From assembly GCA_045580005.1 (NCBI GenBank), contig JAZNMZ010000003.1, positions 20,469 to 84,468 on the forward strand: 64,000 nt of DNA, read 5' to 3'. The translations under genes and the position numbers were made by a program. How positions within the stretch are numbered: position 1 is the first letter of the stretch; each line of letters starts with the position of its first letter. The notes beneath the pieces were generated by a model. That model searched no databases. It was not told the DNA's origin and saw nothing but the letters and a program-made list of their open reading frames with translations. This DNA comes from Eubacteriales bacterium (lineage in GTDB: Bacteria > Bacillota > Clostridia > Oscillospirales > CAG-382). Shown here piece after piece: positions 48,514 to 58,597 of the stretch.

Positions 48514-50049
48514 TCAGATGTTTTTCCAGTATTTTTTGTCAAGATTACGGAACTGCACCGCCTGTGCGACATGTTCCTTTTTTATATCCTCGCTCGCATC
48601 CATATCGGCAACCGTCCTTGCCACGCGCAGAATCCTGTCATAGCCCCGTGCCGAAAGACCAAGGACATCAAAAGCATTCTTCATCACCTGCTGAGCGCTC
48701 TCGTCGAGCCTGCAATATTCTCTTATCATAGCAGGTGTAAGGTCGCCGTTTGCCACAATACCCGTGCCGCGGTATCGCTCCTCCATGATTCTTCTTGCCG
48801 CCATAACGCGCTCGCGTATGCGTTCGGACGACTCTGCCTTTCTGGTGTCCGAAAGCTTGTCGTAGCTAAGTGAGGGCACTTCTATCTGTATGTCCATACG
48901 GTCAAGGAGCGGTCCCGAAACTCTCGAAAGATATTTATCTATAAGTCCTCTTGAGCAGGTACATTCCTTGACAGGGTGTCCGTAAAAGCCGCATTTGCAC
49001 GGATTCATCGCGCACACAAGCATAAAGCGCGCCGGGAACTTGAATCTTCCGCCAACTCTTGTTATTGTAACCTCGCCATCCTCGAGCGGCTGCCTGAGTC
49101 CGTCTGTGGCGTCCTTGCTGAACTCGGGAAGCTCATCAAGAAAGAGCACTCCGTTATCGGCAAGAGATATTTCGCCCGGCTGCGGAATCCTGCCGCCGCC
49201 GACAAGACCCGCCGACGACATATTGTGGTGGGGCGAGCGGAAAGGTCTGCGTGTTATAAGCGTCTGCCCTGCGCCGATATTGCCCGAGGCAGAATATATC
49301 TTTGTGGTTTCAAGCGCCTCCGAGAAGCTCATGGGAGGAAGAATGCCCGGTATTCTCTTTGCAAGCATACTCTTGCCCGCGCCGGGAGGCCCGACAAGAA
49401 GAATATTGTGCATACCTGCAGCCGCAACCTCGATTGCGAGCTTAACCTGCTCCTGTCCCTTGACATCGGCAAAATCGGGAATACTGTCATAATTAAGATT
49501 AAAAAGCGCGTCCCTGTCGCACTCGGCAGGAGAAAGAGTGTTTCCGTAGAGCAGATGATTTACAAGCTCGGAAATATCCTTTGCGCCGTATACTCTGATA
49601 CCGTCGACAACAGCCGCTTCGTTGACATTGTCAAAAGGCACATACATCTCCTCAAAGCCTGCGTCGCGTGCGGCAATACACATAGACAAAATCCCATTTG
49701 TCTTGCGGAGTGCGCCGCTCAGCGACAGCTCGCCTGCAAAGCACTTTCTTTCAAGTGAAGCCCCCTCAAGGATTGTGCATTTGAGTATCGCAAGCAGTAT
49801 GGCAAGGTCGTATGCAGTACCCTGCTTGAGCATGTCCGCAGGAGCGAGATTTACCGTAATTGCCATAGACGGGAATTCAAATCCGCTCGACTTTGCGGCG
49901 GCTTTTATTCTGTTGTATGCTTCTTTTACTGAAGTGTCGGGAAGACCCACTATATCGAACTTTGGAATCGATGAAGAAGCAAAGCATTCGACATCAACTA
50001 TGTAGCCGTCAATTCCGACAATTCCTGCGCTGTTAACCTTTGATAGCAT
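48514..50049 (-). CDS. YifB/ComM-family Mg-chelatase-like AAA+ ATPase
   Basis: N-terminal Lon-protease-like domain, Walker A GPPGAGKSM, DELPEF Walker B, C-terminal ChlI-like domain. Confidence 0.9.
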   Translation of the reverse strand: MLSKVNSAGIVGIDGYIVDVECFASSSIPKFDIVGLPDTSVKEAYNRIKAAAKSSGFEFPSMAITVNLAPADMLKQGTAYDLAILLAILKCTILEGASLERKCFAGELSLSGALRKTNGILSMCIAARDAGFEEMYVPFDNVNEAAVVDGIRVYGAKDISELVNHLLYGNTLSPAECDRDALFNLNYDSIPDFADVKGQEQVKLAIEVAAAGMHNILLVGPPGAGKSMLAKRIPGILPPMSFSEALETTKIYSASGNIGAGQTLITRRPFRSPHHNMSSAGLVGGGRIPQPGEISLADNGVLFLDELPEFSKDATDGLRQPLEDGEVTITRVGGRFKFPARFMLVCAMNPCKCGFYGHPVKECTCSRGLIDKYLSRVSGPLLDRMDIQIEVPSLSYDKLSDTRKAESSERIRERVMAARRIMEERYRGTGIVANGDLTPAMIREYCRLDESAQQVMKNAFDVLGLSARGYDRILRVARTVADMDASEDIKKEHVAQAVQFRNLDKKYWKNI

Positions 50050-50070
50050 CTATACCCTCTGAAAATACCG

Positions 50071-51177
50071 TCAGCAATAATACTTGTCCACAACAGAGCA
50101 CATCTTGTCGTACTTTGACATCATATCCTCGCAGAGTCTTATCTGACATCTTGCGCGGTCAAGGTTGTGCTTGTCTCTATGGGTCTTGAAATATACATCT
50201 CCGCTGAGATAGTCAAGAAGGAATCTCGCCGCAACCTCATAAGTAAGAGTGAGGGCTGCAAGAGCCATGCTGTCCTTCTCGGCAGGTGTGATAAACCTCT
50301 TTACCTCGGATACAAAACCGCTTGTAAACTGCTCGTAGTAATCAAGATTCATACCTACAAGCGAGAGGTCCTTTTCGTCCTCGGTTGTTTTGTTGGCGCC
50401 AAATCTTATAGCGTCGCCAAAGTCGTATGCCGAAAGTCCCGGCATAATTGTGTCAAGGTCAATAACACATACAGGCTTGCCCGTATCTATATCAATAAGA
50501 ATATTGTTATATTTTGTATCGTTGTGAGTAACACGGTAAGGAAGAACCCCATCTTCGTGCAGCTCGACAAGCTGTGAAAAATACTTCTTGTGTTTTTTGA
50601 TAAACTCTATCTCACGAACACACTCTGCCGCTCTGCCGCAAATGTCGCGCTGTGCTCCCGCAAGGCAGTCGTCAGCTCTCTTTCTTGTGTTGTGGAAGTT
50701 GGGAATAGTCTCGACAAGCTCGTCCACATTCATGCCCGACAGGATATCCTGAAATCTGCCAAAAGCGTGTCCTGTGTTATAAAGAACCTCGCCATCGGTC
50801 ATAACGGTATATGTCCTTGACAGTACAAAACGGCTGAGTCTCCAGAATCTGTCTTCAATGACACAGTAGTTCTCGCCGTCATTATTCAGCATAAAGCCAA
50901 GAATCATCGCCGCCTCGGGACTGTCCGGACCGAAAGTCTTTGCTATATACTGAGTTACCTTTTTTATGTTATTCATAACGGTATAAGGGTCTTCAAAAAC
51001 ATGAGTGTTGAGCCTCTGATAAATATAGCTCGACTTTTCTCCGTCTTTTATAAAGTTCACCTTTATCGTATCGTTGATATTGCCGTCCCCCACAGGTCCG
51101 CAGGAGGTCATTTCACCCTCGATACCATATTTTTGTGTTAAAATTGCTATGTCCTTATTTAAGATTTCTTCTGTCAT
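50071..51177 (-). CDS. Aminoglycoside-phosphotransferase-fold sugar kinase resembling N-acetylhexosamine 1-kinase (NahK/LnpB)
   Basis: Blocks VTHNDTKYNNILID, IDLDTIMPG, DFGDAIRFGAN..EDEKDLS and a DYL.GD.YF-type C-terminus match my recollection of Bifidobacterium NahK. Confidence 0.7.
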   Translation of the reverse strand: MTEEILNKDIAILTQKYGIEGEMTSCGPVGDGNINDTIKVNFIKDGEKSSYIYQRLNTHVFEDPYTVMNNIKKVTQYIAKTFGPDSPEAAMILGFMLNNDGENYCVIEDRFWRLSRFVLSRTYTVMTDGEVLYNTGHAFGRFQDILSGMNVDELVETIPNFHNTRKRADDCLAGAQRDICGRAAECVREIEFIKKHKKYFSQLVELHEDGVLPYRVTHNDTKYNNILIDIDTGKPVCVIDLDTIMPGLSAYDFGDAIRFGANKTTEDEKDLSLVGMNLDYYEQFTSGFVSEVKRFITPAEKDSMALAALTLTYEVAARFLLDYLSGDVYFKTHRDKHNLDRARCQIRLCEDMMSKYDKMCSVVDKYYC

Positions 51178-51265
51178 GATTAAAAAATCTCCTCAATTTT
51201 TTTGGTACACGCTATTTTTATTATACAACAAAAAAACTGTATTGTCAAATACAATTATTCGACAA

Positions 51266-51295
51266 ACAAAAAAGAGCCTTGCGGCTCTTTTTTTC
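51266..51295 (-). terminator. Bidirectional-shaped terminator between the binding-protein gene and the kinase gene
   Basis: AAAAGAGCC-ttgc-GGCTCTTTTT with A/T runs on both sides. Confidence 0.7.
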
Positions 51296-51305
51296 TTGTG
51301 AAAGA

Positions 51306-52763
51306 TTACTCTTCTTCAGTCAACATTTCTCTCATTTCTTCGATTGTCTCAAGCCAAGCATCTCTGTTAGCTGCGAAATCAGAAGCGTATGTGTTGTTGC
51401 CTGTATCTACCATTGTGCAAAGATCCATATAGAAGTCAGAATACATACATCTTGCAGAATCTCTGATAATGGGAAGCATACCTGCCGACTCGTCGTCACG
51501 AGTGTTCTTAACTGTCAGAACGATGTCAAAGTATGCAGGGGTAAGCTCCATATAGCTGCGGTATGCCATCTCTTCAAGCACTGCAGCTGTCATTTCGAGC
51601 TTTGTGTTTGTAACAGGGATGTATGTCATGCCTACCATGTTGGAAGAACGGCTGATATACTCGGATTTCTCGTCGTACTTCGGGAAAGGAATGATACCGA
51701 AGTCAAACTCTACATCACGAAGTCCTACAACCTCATCAAGGAAGAGGTCCTTGAACATTGCTCTGCCTTCGTTGAATGCATTAACCTGACCTGCCCAGTC
51801 TGACATTTCAGCCTTGGCATACTTCTTTCCTGCGAAAAGGTCTATTACCTTGTCAAAAATGTCTGTAGCAAGGTCTGTGTTCTGGTTGAGAACAGGCATA
51901 TTGTCGGCATCCTTTTCAACATTCTTGTAACCAAGACCCATAGCAAGAGCGTCGCTCATTTCCCATGTCCAGCCGACAAGACCATATCTGTCTGTATCCC
52001 ATTCCTGAATACCGTCACCGTCGAGGTCCTTGGCACCCTTCATAACAAGCTCTGCGAACTTGTCGTATGTCCATGTGCCGTCGAGAACATCCTGGTAAGG
52101 ATACTCAAGCTCGAGCTCATCGAAGATGTCCTTGTTGAATACAAGACAGTCGATAAGTCCGATGTACATAGCGTAGTCACCTGTCATAACATATACCTTG
52201 TCGCCGAAGCAAAGGTCCTTTGTGATGTTCTGGTACCACCAGGGCTTGGAGATGTCGATGTAGGGAAGTGTGTTCCAGTCTACAAAGTTCTTCTGAAGAA
52301 TAAGCTCGGGCATACCTGTGTGCTGAATATGAGTAAATGCCTGGTATGTATCGTCGTTCGACATGATAAGAGTCTGAATCTGCTGTGTACCCTCACGCTG
52401 ACCTGCGTTATCGGAAGATACGCCACTCTTAACAATGTTCATTTCGATACCGAAACGCTCGGCTACCGCTGCGTTTCTCTGATAAACGATATCGTTTACG
52501 ATATCGCCTGTTTCTTCTTCAGCATAAATCTGCTGTCCTGAGCTACCGATAAGAAGCGAGAATTTTTCGCCGTCAAAGCGAACTTCAGCGGGAACGCCGC
52601 TCTTTTCTTCGCCGTCGTCGACTTCTACTTCGCCAGAAACATCTGTGTTGGGTGTTTCGTCTACGGGGGTCTTAACTTCGTCGTCTCCACAGGAAGTAAA
52701 GATTGCCATCGTAGGTACCGCTGCAACAAGAAGCGCTGCAAGCAGTGCAAGTGTTCTTTTCAT
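51306..52763 (-). CDS. Lipoprotein-type extracellular solute-binding protein (carbohydrate ABC family), no adjacent permeases
   Basis: Signal peptide with lipobox-like IFTSC, acidic linker, ~440-aa SBP-like body. Confidence 0.8.
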   Translation of the reverse strand: MKRTLALLAALLVAAVPTMAIFTSCGDDEVKTPVDETPNTDVSGEVEVDDGEEKSGVPAEVRFDGEKFSLLIGSSGQQIYAEEETGDIVNDIVYQRNAAVAERFGIEMNIVKSGVSSDNAGQREGTQQIQTLIMSNDDTYQAFTHIQHTGMPELILQKNFVDWNTLPYIDISKPWWYQNITKDLCFGDKVYVMTGDYAMYIGLIDCLVFNKDIFDELELEYPYQDVLDGTWTYDKFAELVMKGAKDLDGDGIQEWDTDRYGLVGWTWEMSDALAMGLGYKNVEKDADNMPVLNQNTDLATDIFDKVIDLFAGKKYAKAEMSDWAGQVNAFNEGRAMFKDLFLDEVVGLRDVEFDFGIIPFPKYDEKSEYISRSSNMVGMTYIPVTNTKLEMTAAVLEEMAYRSYMELTPAYFDIVLTVKNTRDDESAGMLPIIRDSARCMYSDFYMDLCTMVDTGNNTYASDFAANRDAWLETIEEMREMLTEEE

Positions 52764-52897
52764 ACAAAAGCCTCCTGAAAAATTGTGTTCACATATTGTG
52801 ACATACTATATTTTAACTTAAATACATATAAAAGTCAATAAGTTTTACAAAAAAAGAGCCGTACGGTCCTTTTTTTGTACAATATTACTGTATATTC

Positions 52898-53818
52898 TCA
52901 GTTCAAAAATCCTTTTATAATCTGTTCCTCGGCTTCGCTCTCAGAAAGACCCAGAGTCATAAGCTTTATAAGCTGCTCGCCTGCTATCTTGCCGATTGCA
53001 GCCTCGTGTATCAGCGACGCATCGGTATTGTTGGCGGTAAGTGCAGGACTTGCAAGCACTCTCGCCTTGTCCATAATAATCGCGTCGCACACGGTATGTC
53101 CTGTGCATCTTGCGTTGCCATGGAGAATGCTGACAAAATCCTGACAGCTCTCGTCCTTCGCGACACTTCGGCTCACGATATTGCACGAGCAGTCGTCACC
53201 GTCGAGAAAAGCTTCAAACTCTGCCTTTGCGTTCTGCACACCTGTAGTCATGACCTTTTCGTGGACAACAAGGCTTGAGCCTGCGCCAAGATGTGCTGTC
53301 GTCTTGCGAAGTGTGTCATCAACACCTGATATCTGAGTTGCTTCCATTTCCATAGACGCACCCTCGTCGAGGTTTACGACTGTTGTGGGGTTCATAAGGC
53401 GCTTGCCCTCTCCCTCTCCGTCGCCATAGTGCTTTTCTATATAGCGAACCTTACTGTTTTTGCCGACATTGAATGTATGCACGCCGTCATGTGCACTGTC
53501 GCCTGCGCCGCAGTTGTGTATGCCGCAGCCTGCAATAATTGTAACATCGCAGTTGTCGCCAATATGAAAGTCGTTGTAAACGCTCTCACGCAGACCGCTT
53601 TCACTGATGATAACTGGAATGTGCAGGCTCTCGTTCTTGGTGCCGTCCTTGATATAAATATCAATGCCCGAAACATCTGTCTTTGTGACAATATCAATAT
53701 TTGCGGTAGTGTTGCGCGACTCGCTCTTGCCGTTTTTGCGTATATTATACGCTCCGACAGGCAGACTGTCGAGCTCTGCAACTTCCTTGAGTAGCTTTTT
53801 TTCAAATATATCCATCAT
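52898..53818 (-). CDS. SufB/SufD-family Fe-S assembly scaffold protein (short, 306 aa)
   Basis: Beta-helix-type repeats and C-terminal IHEAAIGKI...L.SRG-like motif (LMTLGLSESEAEEQI). Start overlaps the sufC stop. Confidence 0.75.
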   Translation of the reverse strand: MMDIFEKKLLKEVAELDSLPVGAYNIRKNGKSESRNTTANIDIVTKTDVSGIDIYIKDGTKNESLHIPVIISESGLRESVYNDFHIGDNCDVTIIAGCGIHNCGAGDSAHDGVHTFNVGKNSKVRYIEKHYGDGEGEGKRLMNPTTVVNLDEGASMEMEATQISGVDDTLRKTTAHLGAGSSLVVHEKVMTTGVQNAKAEFEAFLDGDDCSCNIVSRSVAKDESCQDFVSILHGNARCTGHTVCDAIIMDKARVLASPALTANNTDASLIHEAAIGKIAGEQLIKLMTLGLSESEAEEQIIKGFLN

Positions 53819-54558
53819 TTGCTGTCAGCTCCTCTCTTATCGTCGGCGAGCTTATCTGTAAGCACCTTGCAGGCGCCCTCATCAGACCTTAAAAGCTGCG
53901 GAAGAATCTCGTTTTTGTCGCCATATGAGGCAATCTTTCCGTCTTTTATATAAACAATCTTGTCTGCCATATTGAGAATTCTTTCCTGATGGCTGATTAT
54001 AAGAATACTGCCGCGAACCTTTTCGTACATATTTTCAAATACATGGATAAGATTCTGGAAGCTCCACAGGTCGATACCCGCCTCGGGTTCATCAAAGATG
54101 GCAAGCTTTGCCTGACGGGCAAGAGTCATAGCAATCTCAATCCTCTTCAGCTCGCCGCCCGACAGCGTTCCGTTGAGCTCCCTGTCGATATAGTCTCTCG
54201 CGCAAAGTCCCACATCACTCAGGTACTCACAGGCTTCCTTTATTGTTGTGTCTTTTTTACTCGCAAGCTTAAGCAAATCCTTGACATAAAGGCCCTTGAA
54301 ATGCACGGGCTGCTGGAAAGCATAGCTTATACCGAGATTGGATCTCTCGCTGATAGACATATCGGTAATATCAACGCCGTCAAAAATAATCTTGCCTGAG
54401 GTCGGCTTGTCTATACCCATAATAACCTTTGCAAGAGTAGATTTACCGCCCCCGTTTGGCCCTGTAAAGGCAACAAAACGGTCGTCAATCTTAAGGCTTA
54501 CATCTTTCAGTATTTCCTTGCCGTCTGCCGTAAAGCAGACATTTTGTAATTCAAGCAT
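53815..54558 (-). CDS. sufC: Fe-S cluster assembly ATPase SufC
   Basis: MLELQNV.., GPNGGGKST Walker A, LSGGELKRIEIA signature. Alternative GTG start at 54567. Confidence 0.85.
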   Translation of the reverse strand: MLELQNVCFTADGKEILKDVSLKIDDRFVAFTGPNGGGKSTLAKVIMGIDKPTSGKIIFDGVDITDMSISERSNLGISYAFQQPVHFKGLYVKDLLKLASKKDTTIKEACEYLSDVGLCARDYIDRELNGTLSGGELKRIEIAMTLARQAKLAIFDEPEAGIDLWSFQNLIHVFENMYEKVRGSILIISHQERILNMADKIVYIKDGKIASYGDKNEILPQLLRSDEGACKVLTDKLADDKRGADSK

Positions 54559-54639
54559 TATTTTCACTCTCTTGTTGTTTTCTTTTTATCTCAATTTAAT
54601 ATTATACAAAATATCTTCTCTTTCGTCAAGAGGATATAG

Positions 54640-55407
54640 CTATTTTTTAAAGACCCGTCCCGCGCGAAGCTTGTTTTTCCTGTCGGCAGGCTTTTTGTAT
54701 ATATTGCCGCCATCGCACTGAACAAAGGCAAAAGCGACCTTTTTCGCTCCCGAGGATACAAGCAGGTCGCGGCAGGCCATGGCTGAAGCTCCAGTTGTTA
54801 TAATGTCGTCTATAATGATTACCTTTTCGGGAATTTTTATGCTATTTATAAGACGGAAGCTCAATTTTGCGTTTTTGAACCTGTTGCGCTGCGAAAGATG
54901 CTTCTGTTCATAGGTTACGGGAGCTTCATAGAATCCTGCCCTACGCAGGAGCGCGCCCGCTCCTGATACCGATTTCTGCAGAATTTTTGTCTTTATTATC
55001 TCCTCGCAATGGTCGACGCCGAAAAGGCGCTTCTTTGCCGCAGTTCTCGGGATATAGGTGATAAAGTAGCTGTCGCTGTCGGGTATGTTTGCGATAGCTC
55101 TTCCCAGATACTCTGCAAACACTCTTGAAATCGCCTCGGATTTTTTATGCTTCATCCTTGCCACGAGTCTTCTCGGCAGATTTTCGCACAGTTCAAACAC
55201 TCCGACACCAAAGCTGCCGTCGACATTAACTGTCGGATAGGTCGCAGTTTTGTCAAGTTCGCGCCTGCACGCTTCGCAAAGACTGTTGTCCTGCTCATCC
55301 ACAATCTCGCCGCAGACGGCACACTTGCACGGGTAGACAAATCTTCTCAATTTGTGAAAGAGTCTATACCTTTGTGCAAAGCCTGTTACTTTCTGTAATA
55401 TATACAA
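54640..55407 (-). CDS. comFC: ComF-family phosphoribosyltransferase-like protein
   Basis: N-terminal CxxC..CxxC zinc finger (CKCAVCGE..CEACRRE) and PRTase motif VIIIDDIITTGAS. Confidence 0.85.
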   Translation of the reverse strand: MYILQKVTGFAQRYRLFHKLRRFVYPCKCAVCGEIVDEQDNSLCEACRRELDKTATYPTVNVDGSFGVGVFELCENLPRRLVARMKHKKSEAISRVFAEYLGRAIANIPDSDSYFITYIPRTAAKKRLFGVDHCEEIIKTKILQKSVSGAGALLRRAGFYEAPVTYEQKHLSQRNRFKNAKLSFRLINSIKIPEKVIIIDDIITTGASAMACRDLLVSSGAKKVAFAFVQCDGGNIYKKPADRKNKLRAGRVFKK

Positions 55408-55434
55408 TCACTCACTTTTGGAAGTAAAATTTTT

Positions 55435-55460
55435 AAAGACGGCTGCAATAGCCGTCTTTT
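55435..55460 (-). terminator. Hairpin downstream of jag
   Basis: AAAGACGGC-7 nt-GCCGTCTTT. The U-run on the minus strand is short, so efficiency is uncertain. Confidence 0.45.
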
Positions 55461-55463
55461 TAA

Positions 55464-56141
55464 TCAGTCTTCTGTTTCTTCATCGCCGGGAGCAATGACA
55501 ACGCGTCTGTCGCTGTCGGCTCCGATAGAATATGTGTGAACCCCGCGGATGTTCTGAATTTCAGAATGGATAATTCTGCGCTCATACGCTGCCATAGGCT
55601 CAAGAGTCATACTCTTCTTGTAGTTTGCAACCTTGCCTGCCATGCGGCGTGCGAGCTGCTTTAATGTTTCCTCTCTCTTTGCACGGTAGTTTTCCACATC
55701 AATGCAAACCTTGATATACTGGCGCTTATCGGGATCCTTGGGGAATCTGCTTGCCGCGAGATTTGCAAGGTACTGAACAGAATCAAGCACCTCTCCGTGT
55801 CTGCCGATGAGAACTCCGAGTCCGTTACCCTTGATTTCAACAAATATGTCCTTTTCCACGGTGCTCTTGCCCTCGGGAATCTTCTCATCCACCTTGACAA
55901 GCTCTGCCACAGCGTCAATACCCATATTCTTGATAAGGGTATTGAGGAAGTCGAGAGTGAGATCCTCTGCCGAATCTGTCGCCATAACCTTTACCTTAGC
56001 GTCCTGAGAGCCGATGCCGAAAAGGCCTTTCTTTGCTTCTTCGAGCACTTCCCAGGTAACAGATGACGCATCCCTGCCGAGCTTTTCCGCACCGAGTGCG
56101 ACAGCAGCCTCGACAGTCTTTGCCGTAACTGTAATTTCCAT
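55464..56141 (-). CDS. jag: Jag/KhpB RNA-binding protein (Jag_N, KH, R3H)
   Basis: MEITVTAKTVEAAV.. Jag_N, KH-like GRHGEVLDSVQYL, R3H-like ERRIIHSEI. Directly after yidC. Confidence 0.9.
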   Translation of the reverse strand: MEITVTAKTVEAAVALGAEKLGRDASSVTWEVLEEAKKGLFGIGSQDAKVKVMATDSAEDLTLDFLNTLIKNMGIDAVAELVKVDEKIPEGKSTVEKDIFVEIKGNGLGVLIGRHGEVLDSVQYLANLAASRFPKDPDKRQYIKVCIDVENYRAKREETLKQLARRMAGKVANYKKSMTLEPMAAYERRIIHSEIQNIRGVHTYSIGADSDRRVVIAPGDEETED

Positions 56142-56219
56142 AAATACAATACTCCTTTTACTTACACCCGCATGGCGGGCCGATTTTATATATTAAAAAT
56201 ATATTCTGCTCTTTTGCGG

Positions 56220-57611
56220 TTAAGGACGGCGCTTTGCCTTGGGAGCTACGCCCTTTTCGCGGATTTTTTCAAGATAGTCGGACTTTATACCCTTTCTGGC
56301 ATAGATAAAGGGCGAGTTGGACTTTTTCTTCTTGGTGACAGACTTTTTCTTTATGGGAGCTCTTTCGAGCGCCTCTGAGGAGGGCTCGTCATCACTGTCG
56401 TCTACTGCGACAACATTTCTCTTGCTCTTTTTGCCTTTCATAAGAAGCTCTGCCTCCCTGATTTCCTCAGGTGTGGGAGCCTTTACAGGGAAAAGCTTGA
56501 AAAGTAGAATCTGCTGACCGATAGAAATAACATTCTGGAATATCCAGTAAACACCCACAACGGCAGAAACAGAGAAACTGAACCACAAAATCATAAGCGA
56601 CATTGTCCAGTCCATAAACTTCATAGAGCCTTCCTGCTGCTGGCCGGCATTGGGGTTATATGTGAACTTGCGGATAACCTTGCTTGTGAAGAAAGAAGCA
56701 AAGAAAACAAGAATCGGGACAACAACAAGCCATGATTTGAAATCAGGAGTGTCCATAAGATTGAGTTTTCCGCCAAAAAGGCTTACACCGTTGTAGAACT
56801 CAGTGAGGCTTTCGCTGAGTCCCGCATCGTTCATAAACACATCAAAAGCTGACTTGAGCTCCTGCGGTGCCTTTGAAATATGGTGAAGCGCGTCTGTCTG
56901 AGTCATTCTTGTGCCAAGCTCAAGACCAAACTGCTCGATATGATTTGTGAAGAATTCACCCATAGCCGAAATCTTGTCGGCGGTAAAGCTGAAAACACTC
57001 GAAACAGGCTGTCTTATTGCATTATAAAGTGCGATAATGATGGGGAACTGCACAAGAAGAGGCAGACATCCGCCCATGGGGTTATACTTCTCGTCGGCAT
57101 AAAGCTGCTGGATTTCCTCCTGCATCTTCATCTGGGTGGCCCTGTCGTTTCTGCCGGCATACTTCTTCCTGATAGCCTCCTGCTTGGGAGCGATACGCGC
57201 CATAATCTGCTGGCTCTTTTGCTGCTTTATGGAAAGGGGCAAAAGAAGAAGCTTTACCGCAAGGGCAAAAATAAAGATTGCAAGAATAAAGTTGCCGAAA
57301 AGGTTATAAATAGCACCAAGCGCTACACCAAACCAGTTGTAAAGGAATGCAAAAATTCCGCCGCCGCTTGCTTCAACCGTCACCTTTTCTTTTGTATCAA
57401 GCTCTGCATAGGGAGTCTTGTCCTCGTCCTCCGCAACCTGAGGGGGTTCTGCCGTCGGCTCTTCTGCAGACTCTGCAGATTCGTACGGTATCATAAGCCC
57501 GTTTTCTGTCTGCTCAGGCACGGCATCTTCGGGCTGTGCAAAAGCCGAAAATGTGCAAATGGTAAATATTAGGGTTATACAAAACAAAACCGATAAAGTT
57601 TTCTTCATCAT
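56220..57611 (-). CDS. yidC: YidC/Oxa1-family membrane insertase, unusually long (463 aa)
   Basis: Core motifs (PLSIKQQKSQ, NPMGGCLPLLVQFPI), signal peptide, acidic N-terminal extension and long basic C-terminal tail. AAGGAG sits 6 nt before the ATG. Confidence 0.9.
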   Translation of the reverse strand: MMKKTLSVLFCITLIFTICTFSAFAQPEDAVPEQTENGLMIPYESAESAEEPTAEPPQVAEDEDKTPYAELDTKEKVTVEASGGGIFAFLYNWFGVALGAIYNLFGNFILAIFIFALAVKLLLLPLSIKQQKSQQIMARIAPKQEAIRKKYAGRNDRATQMKMQEEIQQLYADEKYNPMGGCLPLLVQFPIIIALYNAIRQPVSSVFSFTADKISAMGEFFTNHIEQFGLELGTRMTQTDALHHISKAPQELKSAFDVFMNDAGLSESLTEFYNGVSLFGGKLNLMDTPDFKSWLVVVPILVFFASFFTSKVIRKFTYNPNAGQQQEGSMKFMDWTMSLMILWFSFSVSAVVGVYWIFQNVISIGQQILLFKLFPVKAPTPEEIREAELLMKGKKSKRNVVAVDDSDDEPSSEALERAPIKKKSVTKKKKSNSPFIYARKGIKSDYLEKIREKGVAPKAKRRP

Positions 57612-57687
57612 TTACATCTCCTTGATGTTGTCAATTATAAGTGTCTTTGTATGCAAAACCGTTAAAAGGTGTTATTTTCGATACGAA

Positions 57688-57900
57688 TCACGGAACATAG
57701 TCTATTCCGCCACGGCTAAAGGGATTGCAGCGCAAAACCCGCCAGAACGCGAGCGCTCCGCCCTTAAAAAAGCCGTGCTTTTCAAAAGCGCAAAGTGCAT
57801 ACTCCGAGCAGGTAGGATAATACTTGCAGCAAGGTCTGCGCTTAAGCTTTGAAAGATATTTTCTGTAAAATTTAATTAAAGCAATACAAATATACTTCAT
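57688..57900 (-). CDS. yidD: Membrane protein insertion efficiency factor YidD
   Basis: 70 aa, [11 protein letters not shown] motif. Confidence 0.92.
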   Translation of the reverse strand: MKYICIALIKFYRKYLSKLKRRPCCKYYPTCSEYALCAFEKHGFFKGGALAFWRVLRCNPFSRGGIDYVP

Positions 57901-58292
57901 TTTTTCTTTTTATTAAATGTATTTTTAATATCATAAAAATCTTCTTTTGAAAGAATAGAGCGCAAAGCTCTTGTCATATCCCCCGATTTCATATAAGGGG
58001 CAAAGGCTGCAGCTCTTGCGGCAATGACAATGATATATCCGTCTTTTATATATTCAGCACAGTTGCGGTACGCTACTCTTATAAGTCTTTTTACCCGGTT
58101 TCTCTTACAAGCCTTGCCGAGCTTGCGGTTTACTGTAATACCGAGAAGTGTACGAGGAATGCTGCCGTCGGGCGTCTTTTTATAATTACGCATAACATAT
58201 ACGGCGCAGTATTTGCTTACTTCGCACTTGCCTTTTGTATATGCCTTTGAAAACAGGTGATTTTCGGTAAGGGGGAGGATAAACTTTTTCAT
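57897..58292 (-). CDS. rnpA: Ribonuclease P protein component
   Basis: 131 aa, basic, RNR-like motif ([12 protein letters not shown] region: [17 protein letters not shown]). ATG at 58292. The track's longer N-terminus has no support. Confidence 0.85.
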   Translation of the reverse strand: MKKFILPLTENHLFSKAYTKGKCEVSKYCAVYVMRNYKKTPDGSIPRTLLGITVNRKLGKACKRNRVKRLIRVAYRNCAEYIKDGYIIVIAARAAAFAPYMKSGDMTRALRSILSKEDFYDIKNTFNKKKK

Positions 58293-58462
58293 TTTTCTTT
58301 TTCTCAATCGCAAGACCGTCAAAAAATTCCCGTCATAAGTCACAAAAAGGGTGCGTGACATTATCCGACGAAAAGTGCCGGGAGTCATAGCACCCTGATT
58401 TTGTGATGTCTGAACAATCAAACTGACAAAAATCTTTTGTCAAGGCAGAGCCTGCAAAACTC

Positions 58463-58597
58463 TTAGTATGTGAGTCTTGCTCTACCCTTCATGCGTCTTC
58501 TCTTAAGAACCTTTCTGCCGTTTGAGGTTTTCATACGCTTTCTGAAGCCGTGTTCTTTCTTTCTCTGACGCTTCTTGGGCTGATATGTTCTAACCAT
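58463..58597 (-). CDS. rpmH: 50S ribosomal protein L34 (absent from the ORF track, 44 aa)
   Basis: Minus-strand translation [44 protein letters not shown], then stop. Confidence 0.95.
   Translation of the reverse strand: MVRTYQPKKRQRKKEHGFRKRMKTSNGRKVLKRRRMKGRARLTY

Noticed and set aside
52845-52880. Terminator-like AAAAAAAGAGCCGTACGGTCCTTTTTTT between the suf pair and the binding-protein gene.
   Set aside because: The stem is short and mismatched (GAGCC/GGTCC around a CCGTACGG palindrome). It may act as a weak terminator, but the support is too thin to list as a feature.
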